Position numbers and translations under genes: made by a program. From contig NC_059428.1 in the NCBI RefSeq assembly GCF_021028975.2, forward strand, positions 41,974,001 through 42,038,000: a DNA stretch of 64,000 nt, written 5' to 3'. This stretch comes from Sphaerodactylus townsendi. Lineage: Eukaryota. Every line of letters starts with the position of its first letter. Within the stretch, counting starts at the first letter, position 1. This document shows, one piece after another, positions 41,701-52,137 of this stretch. The notes below the pieces were generated by a model that was not told the DNA's origin, ran no database searches, and worked only from the letters and a program-made list of their open reading frames with translations.

Positions 41701-42463
41701 TTAGAAAACGGGGTCAAATGCTATAATGCATTTAAAGGGACGCTTTGTCTCCTCCGGCCGTATGGTCAAGCTGACCAAGCTGCTTTGTGCAACATTAGAA
41801 CTTGGTTGCGGGTGGTGAAATGCGAGGGGTTTCACACACGCATACAGGGCAATATTAGACACGCATTGAACTAAACAAGATCCGATAACAAGGCATACAA
41901 TTAAACCAATGCAGAGCTGTACAATAGCACTAACCGTCTCCCGCAGCCAGCTCCAGAGGGTTGACCACCAATGGGGCAAAACATCATACTTCAGGATTAG
42001 ACACAACTTTGCAGCTCACGTGACTTTCATATGAATCAATCTGGGAATTATCAGAAAGATTAAAACAACATTATGTACATTCTCACAACCTTGGTGATGT
42101 AATAACAATGGGCAATCAATAGCTGCACGATTGTCTAGGCCTGGATTAGTTCCTGCTGCTCGGAGGCCAGAGCCAGCCCAGAGCAATGGAGGGTAGAATT
42201 GATGGCTTTCGCGAAGGGCACACAGGCCAGCCGGCCAATAGTCTTGGTGTTACATGGAACAAGTCCGGGCTCCTACCAAGGAAGTTATAGGGGACAGGTT
42301 CGCCTTTGAGAGGGACACCGCTGCTTCGACAGGCAGGGATCGAAGCAGCAGAGCCGGAGCGGCGGCGGCACCGGGTTCTGGCCTCAAAGCAGAGAGTCCC
42401 GCAGACAGACAGGCGGAAATGCAGCAATAACAACATAACTTCCAAAAAAACTAGGGCATGCAA
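41701..42463 (-). pseudogene. env: ERV env remnant: hydrophobic leader, ISD/CX6CC ectodomain, membrane-spanning segment and tail; SU largely absent
   Basis: LDNRAAID..LLHHQGCENVHN.CCFNLSDNS at ~42050-42140 (read across indels); ORF 41701-42006 has WWSTLWSWL followed by a hydrophobic segment. Confidence 0.85.
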
Positions 42464-44949
42464 TAAATTTAAAACAGCAAAACATGGCTAAACGCATACA
42501 TATGGATGATGGCGGAAGGAAGGCAACCCGCGGTTGGCGAATTGTTTAATGCATGGCTCTTGCTGTTTGACTACCAAAGCTACAGAGCGCATGACGCGAG
42601 TCCATGGATTTCTCAAGAGCCGTAGGGAGAGCTACTGATAGTCTTTAGCATTGCAGGTTCAGCGGGACTTCTACCCTTGGTGCCAAGGTTGCAGAGAAGG
42701 CTGGTTCCAACAATTATTCAAGCGCTGAAAACAGCTGAGATCGGGTTACCCATCAGGGGAATGTTCCGCCGCAATTCCAAGTTTCCAGCCAGGGGCGCAG
42801 AGAGGAGAGAGAATGGCGCTGTAGATGAGAGCAGCGACACACAGCGTCAACCTTTGAGCCATAGCTGGCCCGGAATGGCAGCCTGGGCGATCTCCGCTGG
42901 AAGAATGGGTGTACTGGTTCCAGAGAGGTCCCTCCCATCTTGGCCCAGGCTGAGGGGCGGACGGGCTCTCTCAACAGGCTGGGTCGGATTCTTCCAGGGA
43001 GGCCCCGCCCATCTCCGGATGGGGCTGGCCTGGCATGGCGAGCTGGACCTTGTATAGAAGAGAAAACAAGCGACGCTTTTCCAGGGGTTTTATGGCTGAG
43101 TTAATTCGTTCATAGATGACAATGAAAGCCCGAGCCCTGGAGTGAAGGGCAATTTTGATAGAGAATAGAGAAGAGTACTTTGATATGGTCTGCTGGATGA
43201 GACCTTTGATTACCGATTAGGGGGGGGGAACTACTCCCCTTTTTTTTCGTTTGTTTCGGCCAAGCTGCTAGGGCGCAGCTGGCCCATTCCGACAACGATC
43301 ACTTGCAACATTCAAGGCAAGTGCTAAGGAGATATGCAATCGCCCCAGCTTTAGAGAAGGGAGGAGAGGTCAAGATCCAGGTCGCATGTTTGTTTGTAAA
43401 CAATCCCAATCACCGTCTAAGGTGGTTTTTTTGCAAAGCAACTTGAACAATTCACAATAAGTAGTCATATCGTAATATAGCGCCTATAGGAAAGATATAG
43501 AGAAGATGCAAAGAAAAACAGTTCTCCTGGGCTTGAGGTTTGATCACAGGAGCAAATTGAGAGGGGCTTGCAAAAGCCCTTTATCAGATCCTCTAGATCT
43601 AGGAGGTGGGGTGCGTCAGCCCATTAGAAAGAGGGAGGGTGCGCAGAAAAGGAAGGCGGGGTTTGGAAGTCAGCCCCACCTCCTCGGTAAGGGACGGTTT
43701 GTTTGAGCTCGCTTCACCTCACAGCGGAGGCTGTGTAAGATAGGTGTGGCTGAGAGACCCCCTTGGCACTGTGACTAGCCACACTAGGAGCCCCTCAGCA
43801 GAGAATGTGGGAGCATGAAATGATTTTGGCTTCATATAAACTTGCTTCACGCCAATGGTTAAGTGGGGTAGGCTCAGATGGGATCTAAGGAAAAGGTTCT
43901 CAAGGAGAGGTTTGAAGAAAAGCTTTTGAAGGTTTAAAACTAAGATGGAGTATGGCTTGAAGCAGGTCCCATCGGTATCCTGGGAGCACGCGACGAGCTG
44001 TGTCCCATGGTATATGGATGCTGTGAATGGGCTTAAGCCTTCTGCATTCATACTACCACATAATCAGAAGGAGAAAACTCTTTAATTGAAGTTAATAAGA
44101 GCATAGCTTATAGCTAATGGAAAATCCCCCATGAGGGGAAAAAAACTTTAGGGTCTCTTTGAAAGGGGCAAGACATACAGAACATGGCTACATAGGCATT
44201 ACAGAGCACATATAAAGTAACGAGGGAGGACAACTCTGATTTGAGATTTTGCTCTCTGAGGTGCTGACGATTTTGCTGCCACCGGAGCTTTGAGCTTTGT
44301 GGGCTTGCATTGCGTCTTTCAGAGGCTATGAGATCTGGCTTGAACCCTTTACAGCTGGAGAGGGCCAAGGCTTCTTTCACGAAGACTTTGGCTTAAGGCC
44401 ATTATGCGAGCATTCCCTTCCATGCCTCATTGTCCTGTAGATTGGCTATGGGCATCTTGGAGAGGGCTCAACGGCAGTCCTTCTTCCGCCAGCATTCCTT
44501 TCTGCTGCAATTCAGTGACTGTGGACTTTGCAGAGATCTTGAAATGCGTATATTCTGGGGGGGCACTGGCGGAGGCATGGTGACTTTGGAAGCGAAGGCC
44601 AGTAGAGCAGGAAGTATAGACGAGGGGAGCGAGCAATCTAGGATTTAGATTAGCTGAACTTAGATTAGACTTCAAGGAGAGCATGAGGCAGGGTGTTCCT
44701 CGCGGAACTTGGCAGTTTCTTTGGCGGATGTTTGTCCATAATTTTGGATGTGATGGCTCCCTTGGTGCATGGGGTCGACAATCCTGGGATGATGAACCCT
44801 GTTCAGCGGGCGAAGCTTTCAGCCTATGGTTCCTGCGGGGATGGGATCACTATACCGAGCTGGAGCAGCTTAAGATCTCATGGGGAGCTCCGAAGGGTTT
44901 GAGGTGGATCTTGGTTCCGGTTGGGAGATGCCCGGCTGGCCTTCCCCAG

Positions 44950-46299
44950 CGGCCCGGAGCTCGCCCTAGATTCTGGGGGGGTCTCTGGGGAGTATAATCC
45001 TCCTCCATCAGGTTGTAGGCCCTCGCCGGCAGCCTACAATTCGAAATGTCCTGGCTTGCCGCAATTGAAACATCGGCTGCCTCATGGCAGCGGAGGGCGG
45101 CGACTAGAAGGCTGGCTTGATGGGCTTAAACATCTCGATATCCTGGCGCTCGGAGCATCGCCAGCTCGTTCCTAGGCCTGTGATCGCTTTGCGGCACTCA
45201 GCGGAGTATGCCTTCCGGCAAGGCTTAAGGAGTTCCTGGGCCTCCTCGCTGCTGTCAACGCCTCTTTGAGGGCCTCCTGAGCCTGTTCACAAACTCAGCA
45301 TAGCCTGAGGCTTCTGCCGGGTGCTAGAAAACTTTGGGTTGGCTGTCCGCATTGGGGATTCTTCAAAAAACGCCTTGTGGTGGCGATTCAGAGGCTTACC
45401 GTAGAAGGGCGGCCACCGCAGGACGCATCTGATTGTTAGTTACTGCTGCATCAAAGCCGTGAAGCTGAGTTGCTGTAGGCTTCTGGCCGAGGCGGCTGCC
45501 CTGCTAAAGCATTGCCGGCGAACCGCCTCCCAGATCACAAATTGCAGGGCTCAGGAGCATGCGAAGGTGGTCTTCCAGTCGGCCCTCGAACCATTATGAT
45601 TCCTCGCATCGCCTTCTAGTATGCCTCTCACATAGGGCTGGTGATTTACCGCCCCGCGACCGCTGCGGAGCTCAGTGAGGATGTTATAGCTTAAAGGGCG
45701 GTACTGCATTAACCTCGGCCAATGACGCCAATCTCAAAGTATCTGTGAAGTGGACGGGCACAATGCAAGAATTCGCATCGCTCTTCCGCCAGGGTTTCTT
45801 CTGCAGATCGTAACCAATACGCCTATGAGTTTGAACCTCGCCGCCATTACGCGGGCCGGACGGAGGTGCAGTGGTTTCGAAAATGAAGGAGTTAGAGGCG
45901 CTGAGCCGCTGAGAGTTTGAATTGGGTGAAGGAGCGAGGGGGCGGTGAAGGAGGACAGGCCCAATTTAGTGGATAGGAGAAAAATTCGGGTTGAAATTGA
46001 AGGTGAAAGATCAAAGGAGGGCGCCTACAGCAAGGAGCCATATGGTTCAGAGGTTGATGGCTTACGCAAAACATTGCTCCATCGTGGCCAGCAGGGCAGC
46101 CACATCGGGCGCCGCAGGCTCTTGCGCTCGATGTTTTCCCAGTCCTTAAGATTCACCGTTCCCCTCTGGGTACCACAATTGAGCTTCAATCTCCTTTCGA
46201 ACTAATTTTGCGAGCTCCTTTACGGGGACCTCGTCACATTTCGCTAACGCTTTCAGTTCGCCAACTGCTTTGTCATAAGCCCTGCTTTTGCGCTCCCAT
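44950..46299 (-). pseudogene. gag: ERV gag (MA-CA-NC), frameshifted as assembled
   Basis: ATG-GGA (MG) start at 46299, just after splice donor CG|GTGAGA; MA motif WYPEG.TVNLKDWENI; CA SPYVRGILEG..ADWKTT..LLSPAQFVIWE; MHR-like TRQKP..YAEFVNRL.EALK; zinc knuckle CFNCGKPGHF near 45040-45072. Fragments were read across indels. Confidence 0.85.
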
Positions 46300-46476
46300 A
46301 ATTCTCACCGGGTAGTTCCGGCCGACGAGAGAGTGTCCTAGGACGCTGCGAAACCCTGGATGCTACCGATCCAGAGGACAATATAACAGATCTAAGTCCC
46401 TGGATGCGATCCGAGCGGACTTCGGGTATCGCTGCCCTTCCCTGCGCACGGTGAGCAGGGTGGAGGTCTGGAGGAT

Positions 46477-46492
46477 TCCCGGTTTCGCACCA
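46477..46492 (-). promoter_or_regulatory. Primer-binding site complementary to tRNA-Phe
   Basis: TGGTGCGAAACCGGGA, 3 nt after the LTR, versus canonical Phe PBS TGGTGCCGAAACCCGGGA (two single-C homopolymer deletions). Confidence 0.85.
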
Positions 46493-46495
46493 GCT

Positions 46496-46930
46496 TGTAG
46501 CTCCACTCCACGGTCAGCGAAGAACGCAGACGGTGACGCGATAACATCTGGTGGAGATCGCCAGCAGCTGGAGACCGAGGTCCGTTCCTAGCTTAAATCT
46601 CCGGCCTGCCGGTTCCTGGCACCTTTATTGTTACCTATCGGGCGGAAGGAGGGAGGACTGGGGAGTTCGGGAGAGCTGGAGGTCGGAGATCATCAGGGTG
46701 ATGCATGATTCATCTGGCTACGGCGAGAAGAGCGTGACGCTGCCTGGAGCCTAATCCTCACCTGGGGCAGATCATTGTCCCTAAGCTGGGTGATTGAGCC
46801 AGACAGTTCAATGCACCTGTGACTCATTATGGGGATGAGGGAGGGGTGCGATGCAACCGGGCAAGGCCGCAGGTCCGCTATGCGTTAACGTTTACCACGG
46901 TAATTGCCGGGTCGGCAGTGCACTACTACA
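46496..46930 (-). repeat. ERV 5' LTR
   Basis: Direct repeat of 41250-41682; TG...CA termini; followed on the minus strand by the PBS. Confidence 0.95.
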
Positions 46931-47293
46931 GTAAACAATGATGCAACGTAGCATACCCTTTCCTAAAACCAATTTGTTCCGCTCCTAATATTTTATTCTG
47001 CTCAATCCACTTTTGTAGACGATTGAGCAGGAGCTTTGCATACAATTTTCCTGCTACTGATAACAGGCTAATTGGCCTATAATTAGCTGGTACGTTAGGA
47101 TCACCTTTCTTATAAATTGGAACAATAACAGCATTGGTCCAAATCAGAATGGGCACTATAACTACACACTTATTAGAAAAGGACAGAATGAGACATTGAT
47201 CTGTAGGCCATCATAATGCTTGCATCTGTTTTGACAGACCTCTGAAGAATAACCAAAGTATCCAGAAGTCCTTTGCCATTATTTTCAAGCAGC

Positions 47294-49678
47294 ATGAATG
47301 TAAGTACATTTTACATGTATTTTATACATAGCTGAACATAAAGCCAGCATTATGTAGCACTAATACTTCAAACAAAACTCCAATAAGAAATTGCTGACTT
47401 AGACTTAATCAATAGGTTTGATGGCACTTGCCCAGGAGCCCAATAAGTCTGATAATTCTTTCATTGTCTAAACATGTTAAATTGGTTAATATAACTTAAG
47501 TAATTTGTCTTATCACCAATTACAGCTATTGTGAATTACCATTAGACTTATCTGGATGCTTTTTCATATTTGCATAGAAATGTTCCAAATCAGAATTTTT
47601 TGCCCACTGCCATTCTGCCTAATGGGGAACCAAAGCAGCTAATGTTGTTCTCCTCTTTACCCTAACAACAACACTGCAAGGTAGGTTAGGCTGAGAGCAT
47701 GCAGCAGGCCCAAGATCACAGAGGCCCTTTCCGCACAGAAACTGGATAACACCAGTAAAAAACCCGGGTTGGGAGGGAGCTTCACATGGCTCCCGCTCCT
47801 AACACTGATCCACTTCGTGTTCCCCTTCAACCTGAGTTATTAAAGAATCGCAATTTTTGCAATTCTTTTGTTTTAACATGCCTCGCAGCCATGGCCAAGT
47901 GAATGGCCGGGCAGGAGGCACATTAAGACAAAAGAATCTTGGGTGTGTTTGGTGTCCCCCAGCTCCCATCTACACAGCCACAAAGGCACACAGGGCCTTA
48001 TCATGGCTCTGGGGGATCGGCCGTGCCTGCACGTGGGACTACGCAATGGAGGCAGATAAGAATACACAAAAAAAGACATGCCTCCGTGTGGAAGTGTGCG
48101 CCCTGGCCAATGCTCTCACTGTCCACCAGACAGCCAGCTATGTGAATGGGCTGGGGCAAGGACGGGTTCATGTAACCCACCTCCTTTCACCTGTGTTTTT
48201 TGGCCTGTGCAGAAAGGGCCACAGTCAAGTTCCATGGCAGAATGGGAATTTCAAGATCCTTGAAGATTCTCTTCTAGATCCTAGAATGGTACTCTGACCA
48301 CTACTGTAAATCACCCACTGTAGAAGTTAACTGAACTCTGTCTGTCTGGAGGGTCTGTTTAAGATCACACTATGTATCACTTTTTTTTTTTTGATGGGAG
48401 GTATGTCCAGCTTGCCCACTGAAATCAGTGAGATGTAAGCATATTTAATTTGATAGGATTATATGGGCTATCACACCCTGATGAGAGGGTGGTGTAGAGC
48501 AGGCTGAGAATTGTTATTTCTCTTGCTAAAACTAATGACAAATTGGGTCTTGACAATTGCCAATGTTCTTGGTGTTGAAAGAGCTTAAATATTTTCATGA
48601 AAATGTATGCCTTTATGACATGACCTTTCTTTATCTATTTCATTTGTAGTGGTTGAAAAATATTGAGGATCTGAGCTTCCGAAAACTAATGTGTGGTTCA
48701 AAGTGCCCAGATAAACTGAACTATGACTTTAACAAAAATGGTGAGCTTAGACATATAGATACCAATGAACCTTTTATTTTTAATTATAACAATTCATGTG
48801 ACAGTAATCATAAACGTTATGAAGTTCTTGGACATTTAATTATCCAGTATGTTTATGAACTTCTGGAACAGGTTTGCAAACTAAAAAAAATGTACATCCC
48901 AAAAGATGTCATAGATAGTGAGCCTAACAGTTTCTTTTTCATGAGTGAGAATGCATTAAGAAATGATGTGACTCTAGTTGTTCTTCTTCAAGACCGGGGA
49001 GTCTTTCGTGCTGGTCAGTGGGATCAAAAAACCATAATACATGAAGGGCTTCAACATGGAACACAGATACCATTCATTACAACAGCTCTACAGTACAGTT
49101 GGGAAGTGATTGTGTTAAATCCCAATGACAATTTCCTTGATCTGAAGACAGAAAAAGATGAATCCTATTGCGTTTTGAAGTCATCATATGTAATTCCCAA
49201 AAGGTACAGCAGTAGCCCTGAAGAACATACAACTTATGTTTGGGACCACTTCATTTCAAAGAACACAGCTGGGAAGGTGGCTTTCATTGCTCATGGCTAT
49301 GGAGGATTGGTTTTCATTAACCTGCTCATGCAGAGAACTTTTGAGGTTATGAACATGGTGTATGCTGTTGCTCTTGTTGATTCTAATCACCACACATTGC
49401 ACCAGACGCAAGGTAATTGCCAGGTGCAGGAATGGATCCAGAAGCATTGCCGAAAATGGATATCTAATAATAAACCTCTCGATAAAGTTGTAGGTCACTC
49501 TATGAAAACAGATTGTCCTACAGTTTCTACAGGAACCGAAAAACATAGTCTTGCTCCTTCCTTTAGTCTACAGTCCATTTTCAGATATCTTAAGAACAAA
49601 CTGAAAGTCACCACTAAAGCCCATTTCATTCGTTCTCCTATTGCAACTAGAAGTAGAAAAGTAATGAAAAAAACCTGA
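47294..49678 (+). CDS. FAM172B: FAM172B-like (ARB2A/FAM172A paralogue; Arb2/alpha-beta-hydrolase fold), ~344 aa; exons 47294-47299 (MN) and 48650-49678
   Basis: Uninterrupted 1029-bp exon with FAM172 motifs (LNYDFNKNGELRH, VFRAGQW, LQHGTQIPFI, VIVLNPNDN, SSPEEHTTYVWDHFI, FIAHGYGG, STGTEKH); ATGAAT|GTAAGT and tttgtag|TGG join in phase 0; same position as human FAM172BP between SENP7 and TRMT10C; AATAAA at 49888. Confidence 0.92.
47723..48220. mobile_element. MITE inserted into a SINE in the FAM172B intron
   Basis: TIR GGCCCTTTCCGCACAG...CTGTGCAGAAAGGGCC; the same terminus occurs at ~4260-4276. Confidence 0.72.
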
Positions 49679-50049
49679 GCTCATGTATTGCTCATACACT
49701 TCCCTGCGGTCACTAAACATAGCCTATTGCCTTATATCTGCCTTTGCTCACTTTTGTAGCACTATACATATTTTGTTAGGTATGAAACATTATTTAAGGA
49801 AGATAATATTCTGTAATGTTTATTTCAATGCAAGCTTGTGTCTTTTTGAATATAGCAGCTGTTCCTTTTTATTTTACAATATCATAAAATAAAAATGGTT
49901 TATGGCAGTTTTCTGTGAAAAATATTGTGTAAACCTGTAAAACAACAACAATCAGATGGCATCCTATCACATTTCTGTTGCCACAAAAGGGTGCAAGGGT
50001 GAACTCAACCAGTTGCCCTCATCAATATAGCCCTGTCTCATGTGAATCC

Positions 50050-51345
50050 AAGGACATAGGTAAGGGAGGGGTTTCTCGGGTTCAACCCCCCCATTGCATG
50101 TCTGAAGCTCCGCCCCCGTTTGTGGGTTTTTTGTATTTTTTAGTGTGGTTTTCGGTTTTTGGCCTGCAAGGGGCGCAGTTTTTAGGCTAGCACAGGGGTC
50201 TGCAACCTGCGTCTCTTTCAGCCTTATACTGCAGCTCTGCATAGCCTGGAGGTTGGAGGGTAGCATGGGAGTGTCCCTCCAGAGCAGCCACCATCCCCCC
50301 TCTGCCACCCCACAGCTGCCATCCCCCTCTGCCCCACAAAGCAGGCAGCTGCCTGCTTTGTCAGGCAGAGTGGGTTTCCCTGCCTGGCATGAGAGGCAGC
50401 GGCACTAGGCAGACCAAAGCCGCCATCCCCCCTCTGCCCCATGGAGCAGGCAGCTGCCTGCTCCGTCAGGCAGAGGAGGTTTCCCTGCCCAGCACCTCCG
50501 CCTCCCAGTGCTGAAAGGAAAGGGGAGCGGAGGGGCCAAACTGGAGGCCTCTCTGGCTCGGTAGATCTTCGGGGCTGTGGGAAACAGGTCCAAAGGGCTC
50601 TTTGGGTGGTAAAAGTTGCCGACCTAGTAACACCAAAATTTCAGGGATTTGTTGGGAGACTCTCCTGATGATACCACCTAGGGTTGGTGAGGTTTGGTTC
50701 AGTGGGTCCAAAGTTATGGACTCCCAAAGGGGGTGCCCCCATCCCCCACTGTTTCCAATGGGAGCCAATAGAAGATGGGGCTACACCTTTCAGGGTCCAT
50801 ATCTTTGGATCCCCTGAACCAAACTTCACCAAACCTGGGTGGTATCATCAGGAGAGTCTCCTAAAGATACCCTGAAATTTTGGTGCTGCTAGTTTAACAA
50901 TTGCACGCCTGACAGCAGGCACCTTCCAAATTTCCCCAGATTCTCCTTTTAAATCCACCCCCTTTGGCATGGATTTAAAGGGAGAATCTGAGGTCTCTAG
51001 TTTAAACATTGAAAGTGTTGCTGTTTCAGGGTGGGGAGTAATCCACCCCAAAACAGCATCACTTTCAATGTTGTTTTAACTGGGGACTCCAGATTCTCCC
51101 TTTAAGGTGAATTTAAAAGGAGAATCTGAGGTCTCTACCTTAAACATTGAAAGTGATGCTGTTTCAGGGTGGGGGGTAATCCACCCCAAAACAGCATCAC
51201 TTTCAATGTTGTTTTAACTGGGGACTCCAGATTCTCCCTTTAAGGTGAATTTAAAAGGAGAATCTGGGCTCCCTAGTTTAAACACCATTGAAAGTGATGC
51301 TGTTTGGGGGTGGATTCCAGCATCACAGTGGCTGCCCATGGTGTG
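50050..51345. mobile_element. Composite non-autonomous DNA element with internal direct and inverted repeats and a nested hAT MITE (~50193-50624)
   Basis: Left end shared with 25131-25185; repeated ~137-bp and ~135-bp units; reverse-complement copy at ~62820-63260. Confidence 0.65.
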
Positions 51346-52137
51346 CAAAATATCTAGTTTGAAGTTAAGGTTAGCCTAACAACACAATCCAAGGAAGGGG
51401 TTCCTTTGAGCAACGACTGGGGACACTTCCACCACTGCTTCTAAAGAGGCAATAGTGGTGCAGGCATTGAGGGAGAAGGAGAAACTTCTTTCTATCCCAG
51501 GAAAGCACAAAGGCGTAAAAGACTTACACCACCCTTTTTGGTGGTATACATCTGCATTGCTGAAGGGGGTGCGGGATAATGATTTAAAATGTGTGTTTCT
51601 TTGAAATGAGAGGTAAGTTGTAGAAATAAGGGTGTAAATGGGGGATGAGAGAGCAAGGTGATTGGTTGACGCTGGAGACTGACTGTGGAGAGTCTGTGCC
51701 TCTTCTAATGCAGTTTCAGGTAAGGTTTGTTCATGGTGATGCTCACTGGATTGCTAAGAAATTCACCCCAGTTAATAGGTCTACTTTAATGTTGAAAAAA
51801 GCAACATTTTAAAAATTAGATGACTGTGCAGAAATAGCCTGGAAGTATTTATTTGAAACCACCTTATAACAGGTTCTTTTACTTTACAAGTTTTACTCCT
51901 AATATATTAAGCTAACATTGAGAATAGCTACTGCAGTTAACTCATGACAGAATATCTGCCTGCCGATAGTGACCAATATGATGCTGAGGATAAAAAGTCA
52001 ATATTTTCTCTCCTGTGGCCTCAAATGTTACACATTTGAAGGTTTTGTTTATAAGTTTATAAATATAATAAATCATCATCATCATCATCATTCTTCTGAT
52101 GTTCATATTCCAAGGTCTATTCATTCCCATTTGATCA

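Larger units (their letters stand above)
41250..46930 (-). mobile_element. Endogenous retrovirus provirus, 5.68 kb, betaretrovirus-like (class II) gag, no recognisable RT, short env
   Basis: Two ~434-bp LTRs with TGTAG...CTACA ends; 6-bp TSD GTAAAC (41244-41249 and 46931-46936); PBS; PPT; gag and env motifs; the host frame rejoins (HCLL|LDSIFHKY). Confidence 0.95.
36979..47145 (-). mobile_element. 5'-truncated RTE-X-like non-LTR retrotransposon (about 2.2 kb of own sequence in three pieces: 46931-47145, 40534-41249, 36979-38245), host of two nested insertions
   Basis: 13-bp TSD AGAATGGGCACTA at 36966-36978 and 47146-47158; 3' AATAAAGGT followed by a (TATTG)n tail; RT motifs IVPIYKKGD..NYRPISLL, QIGFR, FLDLQGAFDSV, LLYADDAILLS; C-terminal RLCPFC..ETLDH zinc-knuckle-like motif. 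Clade assignment is from motif recall. Confidence 0.88.
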
